Part shown: positions 47,374-56,027 of the stretch, piece by piece
Layout: the number at the start of each line of letters is the position of its first letter
Position numbering within the stretch: position 1 is the stretch's first letter
Assembly (NCBI GenBank): GCA_965248435.1
Contig: OZ252100.1
Coordinates: forward strand, 2,784,001 to 2,848,000
Direction: 5' to 3'
Length of the DNA: 64,000 bases
Source of the DNA: Candidatus Latescibacterota bacterium
GTDB taxonomy: Bacteria > Latescibacterota > UBA2968 > GCA-2709665
The notes under the pieces: model-generated
What the model was told of the DNA's origin: nothing
The model's input: only the letters and a program-made list of their open reading frames with translations
Database searches by the model: none
Position numbers and translations under genes: made by a program

Positions 47374-49638
47374 ATGGACAAGCCGCTCCGTCTATTGATC
47401 GTCGAGGACTCGGAGGACGACGCGATATTACTCGTTCGCGAGCTACGGCGAGGCGGCTACGACCCGACGTTCCAACGAGTCGACACACCCCGGGCCATGA
47501 AGGCCGCGCTCGAGGAACAGACCTGGGATATCGTCATTTCCGATTACAGCATGCCTCGCTTCAGCGTTTCGGAAGCACTAGCGCTGTTGAAGGCCAAAGG
47601 GCTTGACGTGCCCTTCGTCGTCGTATCCGGAAATATCGGCGAGGAAGTTGCTGTGGGCACGATGAAGGCGGGGGCCCACGACTACCTGATGAAGAACAAT
47701 CTAAAGCGGCTGGTCGCCGCAGTTGAGCGCGAACTGCGGGACGCAGAGGCACGGACGAAGCACAAGCGGTCAGAGGAAGACTTAAAGGCTTCGCAAGAGT
47801 ACGCGAGAGACATTATTGACAGCTCTCTGGACATGATTATTGCGGTAGACAAGAACAGACGCATCACGGAGTTCAACAGAGCTGCGCAAGAAATCTTCGG
47901 ATACGAGCTCGAGGAGGTGCTGGGTGAGCACGTCGACTTGCTTTACGCTGATACAAACGAGGGCGCAGATGTCCACAAGACCACAATGGAAAAGGGTAGA
48001 CTGGTCCACGAAGTGATCAACAAACGCAAGAACGGAGAGCTTTTTCCGAGTCTCCTTTCCGCCTCCATCCTTCGTGACACCGTGGGCGAAATAGTCGGTG
48101 TTATGGGCGTTTCCCGTGACATCACAGAACGCAAGCAAGCAGAGGAGGCGATGCAAGAGGTGGGGGCTCGCATGCGGGGTTTGGTGATGAACCTGCCCGA
48201 GGGCGTCTGCCTGCTCGATGCAGATAGAACCCTGATGGTGGTAAACACTGCTGCGGAAGAATACTTAGAACTACTTTCGGACGCCGTTCGCCCGGGGGAC
48301 GTCCTTTCCCGAATCTCAAACTTCACGTTTCAGGATCTACTCGCATCTTGTGAAGACAGGATTGCAGATGAAGTCGTGTTGGACAGCCCAAGCGAGCGCT
48401 TCTTTGAGGTACTGGCGTGTCCGATTGCAAAAGAAATAACGGAAGGAGGCTATGTCCTGCTCATCCGGGATGTGACTGAGGCCAGGAAGATCGCGGAGCG
48501 GGCGGAGAGAGAGTATCGATTGGCAACGGTAGGACAGCTGGCGGCGGGTATCGCGCACGACTTCAACAACCTGCTTACCGTGATGATGGGCGTCCCGCAG
48601 ATACTGGAGATGCGGGACGACATGCCCGATGCGGTCAAAGAAGATCTGAGGACAATCCACGAACAGGGCCAGCGTGCGGCCCAGCTTATCCGGCAGATCC
48701 TGGATTTTAGTCGGAGCAGTGACGCAGAGCGACAGCTTGTAAACCTGATTTCTTTCCTGAAAGAGACCGTCAAGCTGATGCAGCGGACGCTGCCCGCGTC
48801 CATTGGGATCGAGACTGAATTCGAAGAGGGTTCGTATACCATCGAGGCGAATCTCACCCAGCTCCAGCAGATCCTCACGAACCTGGCGGTGAACGCTCGC
48901 GACGCGATGCCGGAAGGTGGGGGACTGCGGGTCGGGCTTTCATCCCTTCAACTCCCCCCCCGTGGAAAACCTCCGGTTCCCAAGATGGATCCTGGAGATT
49001 GGGTCGTCTGGACCGTGGCCGATACAGGCGCCGGGATGGAGCCCAGCGTCCTCAAGCAGATCTACGAGCCCTTCTTTACGACAAAGGCGGCCGGTGAAGG
49101 CACCGGACTCGGGCTTGCGCAGGTCTATGGCATTGTCAAACAGTACGGTGGCCATATTGATGTGGAGAGCGAGGTCGGCAAGGGGACGACGTTCAGGATC
49201 TATCTTCCACGGGTCGTCGAAGAAGAGGTCGGCGAACTTGAGGAAATCGATCTTCCAAAGGGTCGAGGTGAGACTGTCCTGCTGGTGGAGGACCAGGAAG
49301 AGGTGATGCAAATCGCAAAAAGCATGCTGGAAGTCCTGAACTACCGCGTGTTGACGGCATCAGACGGTGAGCAGGCGCTGACGGCTTACGATCAGCATCC
49401 CGGAGAGATCGACCTGATTTTAACAGACATGGTCATGCCCAAGATGAGCGGGCAGGAGCTCGCAACGGCATTTCAGGATAAGGATCCTGGCGTTCGTATT
49501 CTGGTGATGTCAGGCTATCAGGTGACAGAATTGATCGAAGAGCAATTTCCTGAGTCGATAGTAGGCTGGCTGGAAAAGCCGATGAGTTTGGACAGGGTGG
49601 CCCACGCAGTAAGGGCGGCCCTAACGGGCGACTCATGA
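47374..49638 (+). CDS. Hybrid kinase: receiver-PAS-PAS-HisKA-HATPase-receiver
   Basis: LIVEDSEDD; AGIAHDFNN; NLAVNARDAM; PFFTTK..GEGTGLGL; LTDMVMP. Confidence 0.95.
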   Translation: MDKPLRLLIVEDSEDDAILLVRELRRGGYDPTFQRVDTPRAMKAALEEQTWDIVISDYSMPRFSVSEALALLKAKGLDVPFVVVSGNIGEEVAVGTMKAGAHDYLMKNNLKRLVAAVERELRDAEARTKHKRSEEDLKASQEYARDIIDSSLDMIIAVDKNRRITEFNRAAQEIFGYELEEVLGEHVDLLYADTNEGADVHKTTMEKGRLVHEVINKRKNGELFPSLLSASILRDTVGEIVGVMGVSRDITERKQAEEAMQEVGARMRGLVMNLPEGVCLLDADRTLMVVNTAAEEYLELLSDAVRPGDVLSRISNFTFQDLLASCEDRIADEVVLDSPSERFFEVLACPIAKEITEGGYVLLIRDVTEARKIAERAEREYRLATVGQLAAGIAHDFNNLLTVMMGVPQILEMRDDMPDAVKEDLRTIHEQGQRAAQLIRQILDFSRSSDAERQLVNLISFLKETVKLMQRTLPASIGIETEFEEGSYTIEANLTQLQQILTNLAVNARDAMPEGGGLRVGLSSLQLPPRGKPPVPKMDPGDWVVWTVADTGAGMEPSVLKQIYEPFFTTKAAGEGTGLGLAQVYGIVKQYGGHIDVESEVGKGTTFRIYLPRVVEEEVGELEEIDLPKGRGETVLLVEDQEEVMQIAKSMLEVLNYRVLTASDGEQALTAYDQHPGEIDLILTDMVMPKMSGQELATAFQDKDPGVRILVMSGYQVTELIEEQFPESIVGWLEKPMSLDRVAHAVRAALTGDS

Positions 49639-49848
49639 TCTCGATCATACCCGATAAGCCTGCATTTTCGTGGCCACCGAGGACCGCTTCTTGTCCGGGC
49701 TCGCTCAAGGTCCTCACCAAGCCATTACGATATTTCGTCAAAGTGTGAGCCAATTGCGGGGTTCTCGCCTCTTTAAGCAGACGCCGTCACTTCATAAATA
49801 TTTGTCATTCAATGATATAGAGCGCTGTTCGTGTCCAAACTTGCTGCT

Positions 49849-49863
49849 TGGCACTGGATTTGC
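49849..49863 (+). promoter_or_regulatory. Sigma54 -24/-12 promoter
   Basis: TGGCACTGGATTTGC upstream of the 50152 gene. Confidence 0.8.
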
Positions 49864-49957
49864 GTTGAATCTTGTCGCTTGACATCTTGCTCATCGAGCA
49901 AGATATTTTTTTCGCCTCGAATGTGAGATGTCGATGCATCACCAATCCTTGACGCGT

Positions 49958-50124
49958 TTTGTCATTCCGAGCGCCAGCGAGGAATCTCAACAGGTGATGC
50001 AGCGGCCACATCTTCGAGGAATGGTTCAGTTAAAATCTCGGTGTTGAGATCCCTCGTCCCCCTGTTCTTTTGGCGGTGAGTGAAGACACGACTTGACTCT
50101 TAAATGGCTCCTCGGGATGACAAA
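49958..50124. repeat. REP/RPE-like palindromic element
   Basis: tttgtcattccgag...cgaggaatctcaaca paired with tgttgagatccctcg...ctcgggatgacaaa. Confidence 0.75.
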
Positions 50125-50151
50125 TTCGGTCTGTTGAACGGGAGATCAGTC

Positions 50152-51179
50152 ATGAGTGAAACAATTTTGGTCGTCGACGACGAAGAGCCGGTGCGCCAGA
50201 TGGTAGCCCGGCTGATCAAGGGCCTGGGTCACACCGCCGTGGAGGCGGAGTCGGCAGAGAAGGGCCTGGAGGTCGTGAGAGAAACCCCGGTCGACCTCGT
50301 CATCACAGATCTCAAGATGCCGGGCATGAGCGGTCTGGACCTGGCTGAAACGCTTCTCAAGGAGGACCCGGAACGTCCCGTGATGAGGAGGACCCGGAAC
50401 GTCCCGTGATGCTGATGACCGCCTATTCCGACATCGACAGTGCGCGAAAAGCCGTCGGCATCGGGCTGTATGACTACTTCGCCAAACCGTTCGACGTGAA
50501 TGACCTTGCAGGCTGCGTAAAGCGCGCCCTTAATCACCGTCGCCTCGTCCTGGAAAACCGCGAGTACCAAAAGGACCTGGAATTCAAGGTGGAAGAGCGC
50601 ACCAAGGAGCTGCAGCAAATGGTGGCCGAACTCGAGGCGAGAGACTCGCTCCTGAAGCACATGCTCTCCATCCAAGATCCGGAAGTGACTCTTGGACTTT
50701 CGGTCAAACTCGCCCTGGACCTGTGCAACTGCGATGCCGGTGCAATCTACCTCAAGCTGGGTGATGGAGATTTCGAGCCGAGGGCCGGCATCGGTTTCCT
50801 CAAGGAAAGCGATTCCATATTCGGCAAACCGCTCCGTGATCTCGATCTGCACAGGGGGATAACCCACGCGGCCCTCAAGGATGCCGTGGAGAATCAAACT
50901 CCGGTCTGGGTCCACGACCCTGGATCTGTCCGAAAGGGATTCGACATCCACAGCTTCGGCTTGCTTCCGATCATGAGAGGAGACGAGGTCCTGGCCGTCC
51001 TGGAGATCGATCGCAAACGAAAAGATCTACTCGTCGGCGAGGCTGACCTGGAGGCGATCGAGGGCTTCCTGCCCTACATTGCCATGTCTGTGGCCGATTG
51101 CAAACTGCAAGAGCAACTTCCGGAATGGGAAGGCGACGTGGAAGAAGTACTAAAAGCGACTGAAGAATGGGAGAACTAA
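50152..51179 (+). pseudogene. Response regulator plus GAF-like domain, frameshifted by a 26-bp tandem duplication
   Basis: aggaggacccggaacgtcccgtgatg repeated at 50360-50385 and 50386-50411; removing one copy joins ...EDPERPV to MLMTAY... Confidence 0.9.
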
Positions 51180-51189
51180 AAGGCGAAAC

Positions 51190-51316
51190 CGAATATCGAA
51201 TATCGAACAGCAGAATATCGAATAACGAAGGGAAAGCAAAACCGAATCAGGTGATTGCAGGACAGGCTCTTACTTCGACATTCGGCGTTCAGTATTCGAC
51301 ATTCGACATTCTCTTT
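51190..51316. repeat. Inverted heptamer array (gaatatc)n ... (gacattc)n
   Basis: cgaatatcgaatatcgaacagcagaatatcgaataacgaag (51190-51230) versus cttcgacattcggcgttcagtattcgacattcgacattc (51273-51311). Confidence 0.9.
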
Positions 51317-51366
51317 GATTACTCCGCCAAATGTATCGAACCTTGAAACACCGAAGGGGGCAGGAC

Positions 51367-51762
51367 GTGGCTCGAAGGGTGGAAGATACGAAGATCAAAA
51401 AATACGACCTCGAGGAAAGGCTGATCGATTTCGCAGCTTCGATTGTTGACTTAGTGGAGGAATTACCGGCAACGCGTGTTGGCAATCACATCGCCGGTCA
51501 AATCCTGCGAAGCGGAACATCACCAGCGCCCAACTACGGTGAAGCACAGAGCGCAGAGTCACGAAGAGACTTCATTCATAAGATGAAGTTGGTTCTAAAG
51601 GAGCTACGAGAAACCAGAGTATGGATTCTTCTGTTACAGAAGAAATCATTGGTGGAATCGCCTGAGACACTGCAGTCGATGCTAGATGAGAGCAACCAAT
51701 TGATCTCTATTTTCGTTTCAAGTATCGCGACCGCATCTAGGGAGGAAAGCCAGAAAAATTGA
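51367..51762 (+). CDS. Four-helix-bundle protein (23S rRNA intervening-sequence / Avd-like family)
   Basis: DLEERLIDFA, QILRSGTSPAPNYGEAQSAESRRDFIHK...LKELRETRVW; start uncertain (51331-51379). Confidence 0.92.
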   Translation: MARRVEDTKIKKYDLEERLIDFAASIVDLVEELPATRVGNHIAGQILRSGTSPAPNYGEAQSAESRRDFIHKMKLVLKELRETRVWILLLQKKSLVESPETLQSMLDESNQLISIFVSSIATASREESQKN

Positions 51763-51780
51763 ACGATTGCCAGCCCGCTT

Positions 51781-51827
51781 TTACTTCGATATTCGATATT
51801 CATTATTTGACATTCGACATTCTCTTT
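51781..51827. repeat. Second copy of the (gacattc)n arm
   Basis: ttacttcgatattcgatattcattatttgacattcgacattctcttt is an imperfect direct repeat of 51270-51316. Confidence 0.9.
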
Positions 51828-51850
51828 TCATTCCACGGTGATTCAGCTTA

Positions 51851-54592
51851 ATGCCTAAAGAAAAAGAAAAGACTCCCCCACCGATTCCTGAGATCGACGA
51901 AAAAGAACTCGAGTCCTTCCTCGACGACGCGCTGAAGTCTGCAGAGGTCGAGGACTCGGGCGATGTCCTGGAACCGCTCGGTGAGCCGTCACATCGGCGC
52001 CTCAAGGTGAAGATCTCGCCGAACGGGATGGAGGCACACCTGGAGGCGGTATTCCTGGATACAACCTTTGATGAAGTACAGGAAGCGCTTCGTCGGGAGC
52101 GTGTGGTTTGGGGCGTCCAGGAAGAACCCATCAGAAGGGCGCTCCGCGCGGCGGATCGCACCGGCAGACACCAGGTCGATGTCCTTGTGGCCCAGGGTCG
52201 GCCCGCCGTCTATAAAAATCGCAAGGAAGTCACATATCCCTTCCTGGAAGGGATCCAGATGCCCGACTCAGGTGAGCCGGTCCACCTGGCTTCTTCCATA
52301 TTCCGGGACATCCGTGAGGTCATAGGCGGTACCGATATCGAAGGCATCCGCGGATACGGCAAGCCGGTCGTCGCGGCCGAGCCCGGCCAGGTGTTGATGC
52401 TCGTTCAGGGTGAAGACGTGATCGAGCCGGGGCAGGATGTGTTCGGCAAAGAGGTCCGAACCGTTTCCGAAGAGAAACCGAGCGCCTATAAACCTGGAGA
52501 TGGCGTGGACGCCCGGTCGGACGAATCGCTCGTCGCGAACCGATTCGGCTACATCTCGACCGTTGCTGGCCAGCTTGAGGTCGTTTGCCCCATCTGGATC
52601 TCGTTAGACAACATGGAGGCCTGGTTCGTCAACCCCCCTCAGCTCGGCGAGCACAAAGTCCCGGAACCTCAGGGTGTGCTGGAAGAGCTCGAGCACCTCG
52701 GGGTAACGTTTGGAACCGATGAGGCGGGCATCGGCGAGATGTGCGAAGACCTCCATAAGGGGGGACTAAGGGAATCCTGCGTGCTCGTCGCGAAGGGACG
52801 GCGGCCCAACCTTTCGAAGGGTCAGATCGGGTTCACGTTCGAGCCCCTGACCGAAGCCCGCTTTGAGGGGATCCGCACGGCGTTTCAGATGACCGACCTT
52901 TCGAAGCTTACGGAATCGACGATTCGGGTTCACGCAGTGCACGGCGGAGAGGTGATCGCCGAACAGGCGGTGGGCGAGGCCGCGCTCGGCCCCGGGGAGG
53001 ACCTTTTCGGACAGCCCGTCGCGCCGCCGGAAGAGGTGCAGGTGAAGAAGGCCTATAAGCCAGGCATCAACGTGCGTCGCGAGGAAGAAGAGGGCCGGAT
53101 CCGGTACGTGTCCGAGATCTATGGCTATGCCGGCGTCTTGGAGAATCGCATCATGGTTGTTTCTCCCATCTGGGTCTCGCCCGACAAGATGACCGCCTAT
53201 TTCGTCGCCCTGCCGCAACAGCGAGAGATCCTGCCCCGGGAAGCGGAGGTCTCTGTCCTGATCGATCGAGCCAAGATCCGCCACGGACTGGTCCACGAGG
53301 CGATCGGGAAACTCTGCCAGGCGTATCCGTCCGATGAAAGCCCTGAGGATTGGCCGGTCGTGATCGCTCGGGCGACGCCCCCGGAACCAGGCGACCACGG
53401 CACGATCGAGCTCCTCTACAAGCAGATGCCCGACCCCGGACGCCTTCTGGAGGGGGGCCGCATCGACTTTCGGGAGCGGGACGCCGTGCCCCAGGTCACA
53501 CCGGGTGAGCTGCTGGCGAAACGCAGCTTCCCCAAGCCGGGAAAGGACGGAACCGACGTTCGGGGAAAGGTCCTGAAGCCCCCGAAGAGCGAGCGCGGTC
53601 TCCTCTACGCAGGGCCGAATGTCGTCACCGAAGAGAAAAACGGCCTGATGCATTTTTATGCCTCCGGTGCGGGTTGGCCGCGAGTCGTGAAGGATACGCT
53701 CAGCGTGATGCAGCGGTTTCAGCACTCGGGAGACGTGGACTACCAGCTCGGCAACTTGGACCTGGAGGGCGACGCGGAGATCGAAGGTTCTGTGAAGAGT
53801 CGGTTCAAGATCGAGGCCACAGGGGACGTCGTGATCGGCGGCACGGTTGAGCGCGGAGCTAAAATAACGGCGGGCGGAAACGTCGTGGTGAAGGGCGGCA
53901 TCATCGGAGCGAAGGCCAGGGCTGGCGGCAGTCTTTATACCCGCTTCATCCAGGACTCGGAGATCGAGGTCGGTCTGGGATTGATGGTACGCAACTACGT
54001 CCAGGACTCGGACATTCAGGTCGGCGGAAAAGCCACGATTCAGGGCAACGAGGGTGGGGAGCGCAAGCTCTGTGTACTGGGTGGCTCGCTGCTGGCCGCC
54101 TCGGAGATCGACGCGGTGTCGGTGGGTTCGGCCTACGGGCGAAAGACGCAGGTGATCGCGGGGATCGATCCGGAGCTGGAGGCCCGCGCCGAGAAGTATC
54201 GGAAGGGACTTGCCTTCTCTGATCTGCGAAGCCGCAGGGCGATGCGGGGATTGCAGAACGTCGCCTCAGGCACGACCCTCAAAAAAGAGCATCTGGTCCA
54301 GGCCATCCGCAAGTCGCCTCCGGGCCGCAGGGACTTTCTCGTGCGCCAGCTGAAGGAGCTGGAGACGATGCAGAAACTGAAGGCCAGCCTGGAACACCAC
54401 ATCGAAGAGGTAGAGCAACAACGCGAGCAGGTCGCTGAGCACGGTTTCATCCGCGTTCCGGGCTCGGCCTTTCAGCGTGTCACGGTTAGGGTCGGGAGGG
54501 TCTACAAGGAGCTGGAGAAGGAGGTCCGGGCGGTCAAATTTCACCTCAACAGAGAGGCCAACCAGATCGCGCAGGAGGTCATCGCGGGGTAG
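51851..54592 (+). CDS. Long DUF342/FapA-family protein
   Basis: S.D.M.A N-terminal modules; GRIDFRER; PGKDGTDVRG; GDVDYQLGNL; beta-helix GNVVVKGGIIG; C-terminal coiled coil. Confidence 0.85.
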   Translation: MPKEKEKTPPPIPEIDEKELESFLDDALKSAEVEDSGDVLEPLGEPSHRRLKVKISPNGMEAHLEAVFLDTTFDEVQEALRRERVVWGVQEEPIRRALRAADRTGRHQVDVLVAQGRPAVYKNRKEVTYPFLEGIQMPDSGEPVHLASSIFRDIREVIGGTDIEGIRGYGKPVVAAEPGQVLMLVQGEDVIEPGQDVFGKEVRTVSEEKPSAYKPGDGVDARSDESLVANRFGYISTVAGQLEVVCPIWISLDNMEAWFVNPPQLGEHKVPEPQGVLEELEHLGVTFGTDEAGIGEMCEDLHKGGLRESCVLVAKGRRPNLSKGQIGFTFEPLTEARFEGIRTAFQMTDLSKLTESTIRVHAVHGGEVIAEQAVGEAALGPGEDLFGQPVAPPEEVQVKKAYKPGINVRREEEEGRIRYVSEIYGYAGVLENRIMVVSPIWVSPDKMTAYFVALPQQREILPREAEVSVLIDRAKIRHGLVHEAIGKLCQAYPSDESPEDWPVVIARATPPEPGDHGTIELLYKQMPDPGRLLEGGRIDFRERDAVPQVTPGELLAKRSFPKPGKDGTDVRGKVLKPPKSERGLLYAGPNVVTEEKNGLMHFYASGAGWPRVVKDTLSVMQRFQHSGDVDYQLGNLDLEGDAEIEGSVKSRFKIEATGDVVIGGTVERGAKITAGGNVVVKGGIIGAKARAGGSLYTRFIQDSEIEVGLGLMVRNYVQDSDIQVGGKATIQGNEGGERKLCVLGGSLLAASEIDAVSVGSAYGRKTQVIAGIDPELEARAEKYRKGLAFSDLRSRRAMRGLQNVASGTTLKKEHLVQAIRKSPPGRRDFLVRQLKELETMQKLKASLEHHIEEVEQQREQVAEHGFIRVPGSAFQRVTVRVGRVYKELEKEVRAVKFHLNREANQIAQEVIAG

Positions 54593-54602
54593 AACACCAA
54601 GA

Positions 54603-54972
54603 GAAAATCGAATAACGAATATCCAACCGCAGAATGTCGAATGATGAAGGAAGGGCAAGAACAGTAGATGTTCCTATGTAGTTGCGGGCTTTAGCCTACG
54701 GCACCCCTCAACGGATTCGCGATGGGTGCTGGAACGTGAGGATTTGGGTCCCGTCATTCGATGGCGGGACCTATCTCGTTTGAAAATCGAATGTCGAATA
54801 TCCAACCGCAGAATGTCGAATAATGAAGGAAGGGCAAGAACAGTGGATGTTCCTATGTAGTTGCGGGCTTTAGCCTACGGCACCCCTCAACGGATTCGCG
54901 ATAGGTGCTGGAACGTGAGGATTTGGGTCCCGTCATTGGATGGCGGGACCTATCTCGTTTGAAAATCGAATG
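54603..54972. repeat. 179-bp tandem repeat (2 full units plus the start of a third)
   Basis: Units begin gaaaatcgaat at 54603, 54782 and 54961. Each has a gaatgtc heptamer arm, a gtagttgcgggctttagcc motif and a gtcccgtcat..atggcgggac hairpin. Confidence 0.92.
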
Positions 54973-56027
54973 CCCGAGTTCAATAAGGAAGTGCAACACT
55001 TAGGGTAGCAACTGTCCTATCCTAAGTGTATGGGAAACAATTACAAGCATCTTACGATAGACGAACGCGAGCAGATTGCGCTTTGTCGAGCCACTGGTGC
55101 AAGCCTTAGAGATATTGCCAAGGCCCTTGACCGGAGCGCCAGCACGATTTCAAGAGAGTTGAAACGTAATCCGTCCCCGATAGCTGAGAGTTACTCGGGC
55201 CTCCAGGCTCACAGAAGGGCTGAGAAACGTAAGCGGGAGGCCGGCAAGCGGAAACGGCTGAAGAATCCGGTTATCCGGCGATATGTCGAGACCAAACTCA
55301 AGCAAGGATGGTCTCCCGAGTTGATCGCTGGGAGGCTTCCCGAGGAGCGTCCGAGCGCGGGTATCAGCCACGAAGCCATCTACCAGTATATCTACGATCC
55401 AAAGGTGCACAAGCAGCGGGATCTGGTTGCTTGCTTATCCCGAGCTCACAAAAAACGAAAGCCGCGGTGGCATACCCGAAAACACCGGGAAAGCCACATT
55501 CCAGGCCGTATTTCGATCGATCGACGTCCCCGTTACATCGAAAAACGGAAACAACCTGGCCACTGGGAATCCGACACCATCATCTCTCGTGAGAGCAAAC
55601 AGGCCGTTGGCGCTTGTCTTGAGCGATCGTCGAGATACCTACACCTGGCTAAGCTGGCAAAGAACGGACCCTCGGAGGTCGCCGAAGCGATTAATCGACG
55701 CCTTGGGCGACATCCTCCCCACATGAGGAAGAGCATCACATATGACAACGGATCCGAAAACGGCCAACATCAACGGGTCAACGAGGTGCTTGGCACCAAA
55801 TCCTATTTCTGCAAACCGTTCCACAGCTGGGAGCGAGGCGCTGTGGAAAACGCTATCGGTCTGGTCCGCAGATACCTCCCCAAGAAGACAGACTTCTCAA
55901 AGGTCAGCAAACACGAGTTAAAGAAAATTCAGAACCGGATCAACAACCGACCAAGAAAATGTCTTAACTTCAAAACACCAGCTGAAGTCTTCAAGTCCAA
56001 GTGTTGCACTTAGTCATTGAATCCAGC
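54973..56027 (+). mobile_element. IS30-family insertion sequence, copy 2
   Basis: Same IRs and same translated ORFs as copy 1; flanks atg / aaa do not form a duplication. Confidence 0.95.
55030..56013 (+). CDS. IS30 family transposase
   Basis: 327 aa, same translation as 39869-40852. Confidence 0.97.
   Translation: MGNNYKHLTIDEREQIALCRATGASLRDIAKALDRSASTISRELKRNPSPIAESYSGLQAHRRAEKRKREAGKRKRLKNPVIRRYVETKLKQGWSPELIAGRLPEERPSAGISHEAIYQYIYDPKVHKQRDLVACLSRAHKKRKPRWHTRKHRESHIPGRISIDRRPRYIEKRKQPGHWESDTIISRESKQAVGACLERSSRYLHLAKLAKNGPSEVAEAINRRLGRHPPHMRKSITYDNGSENGQHQRVNEVLGTKSYFCKPFHSWERGAVENAIGLVRRYLPKKTDFSKVSKHELKKIQNRINNRPRKCLNFKTPAEVFKSKCCT

Noticed and set aside
51190-51827. Diversity-generating retroelement
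   Set aside because: An Avd-like gene is present but there is no reverse transcriptase and no template/variable repeat pair differing at adenines.
39812-56027. Composite transposon bounded by the two IS30 copies
   Set aside because: Copy 1 has its own duplication on both sides, and the outer flanks (aac / aaa) do not match.
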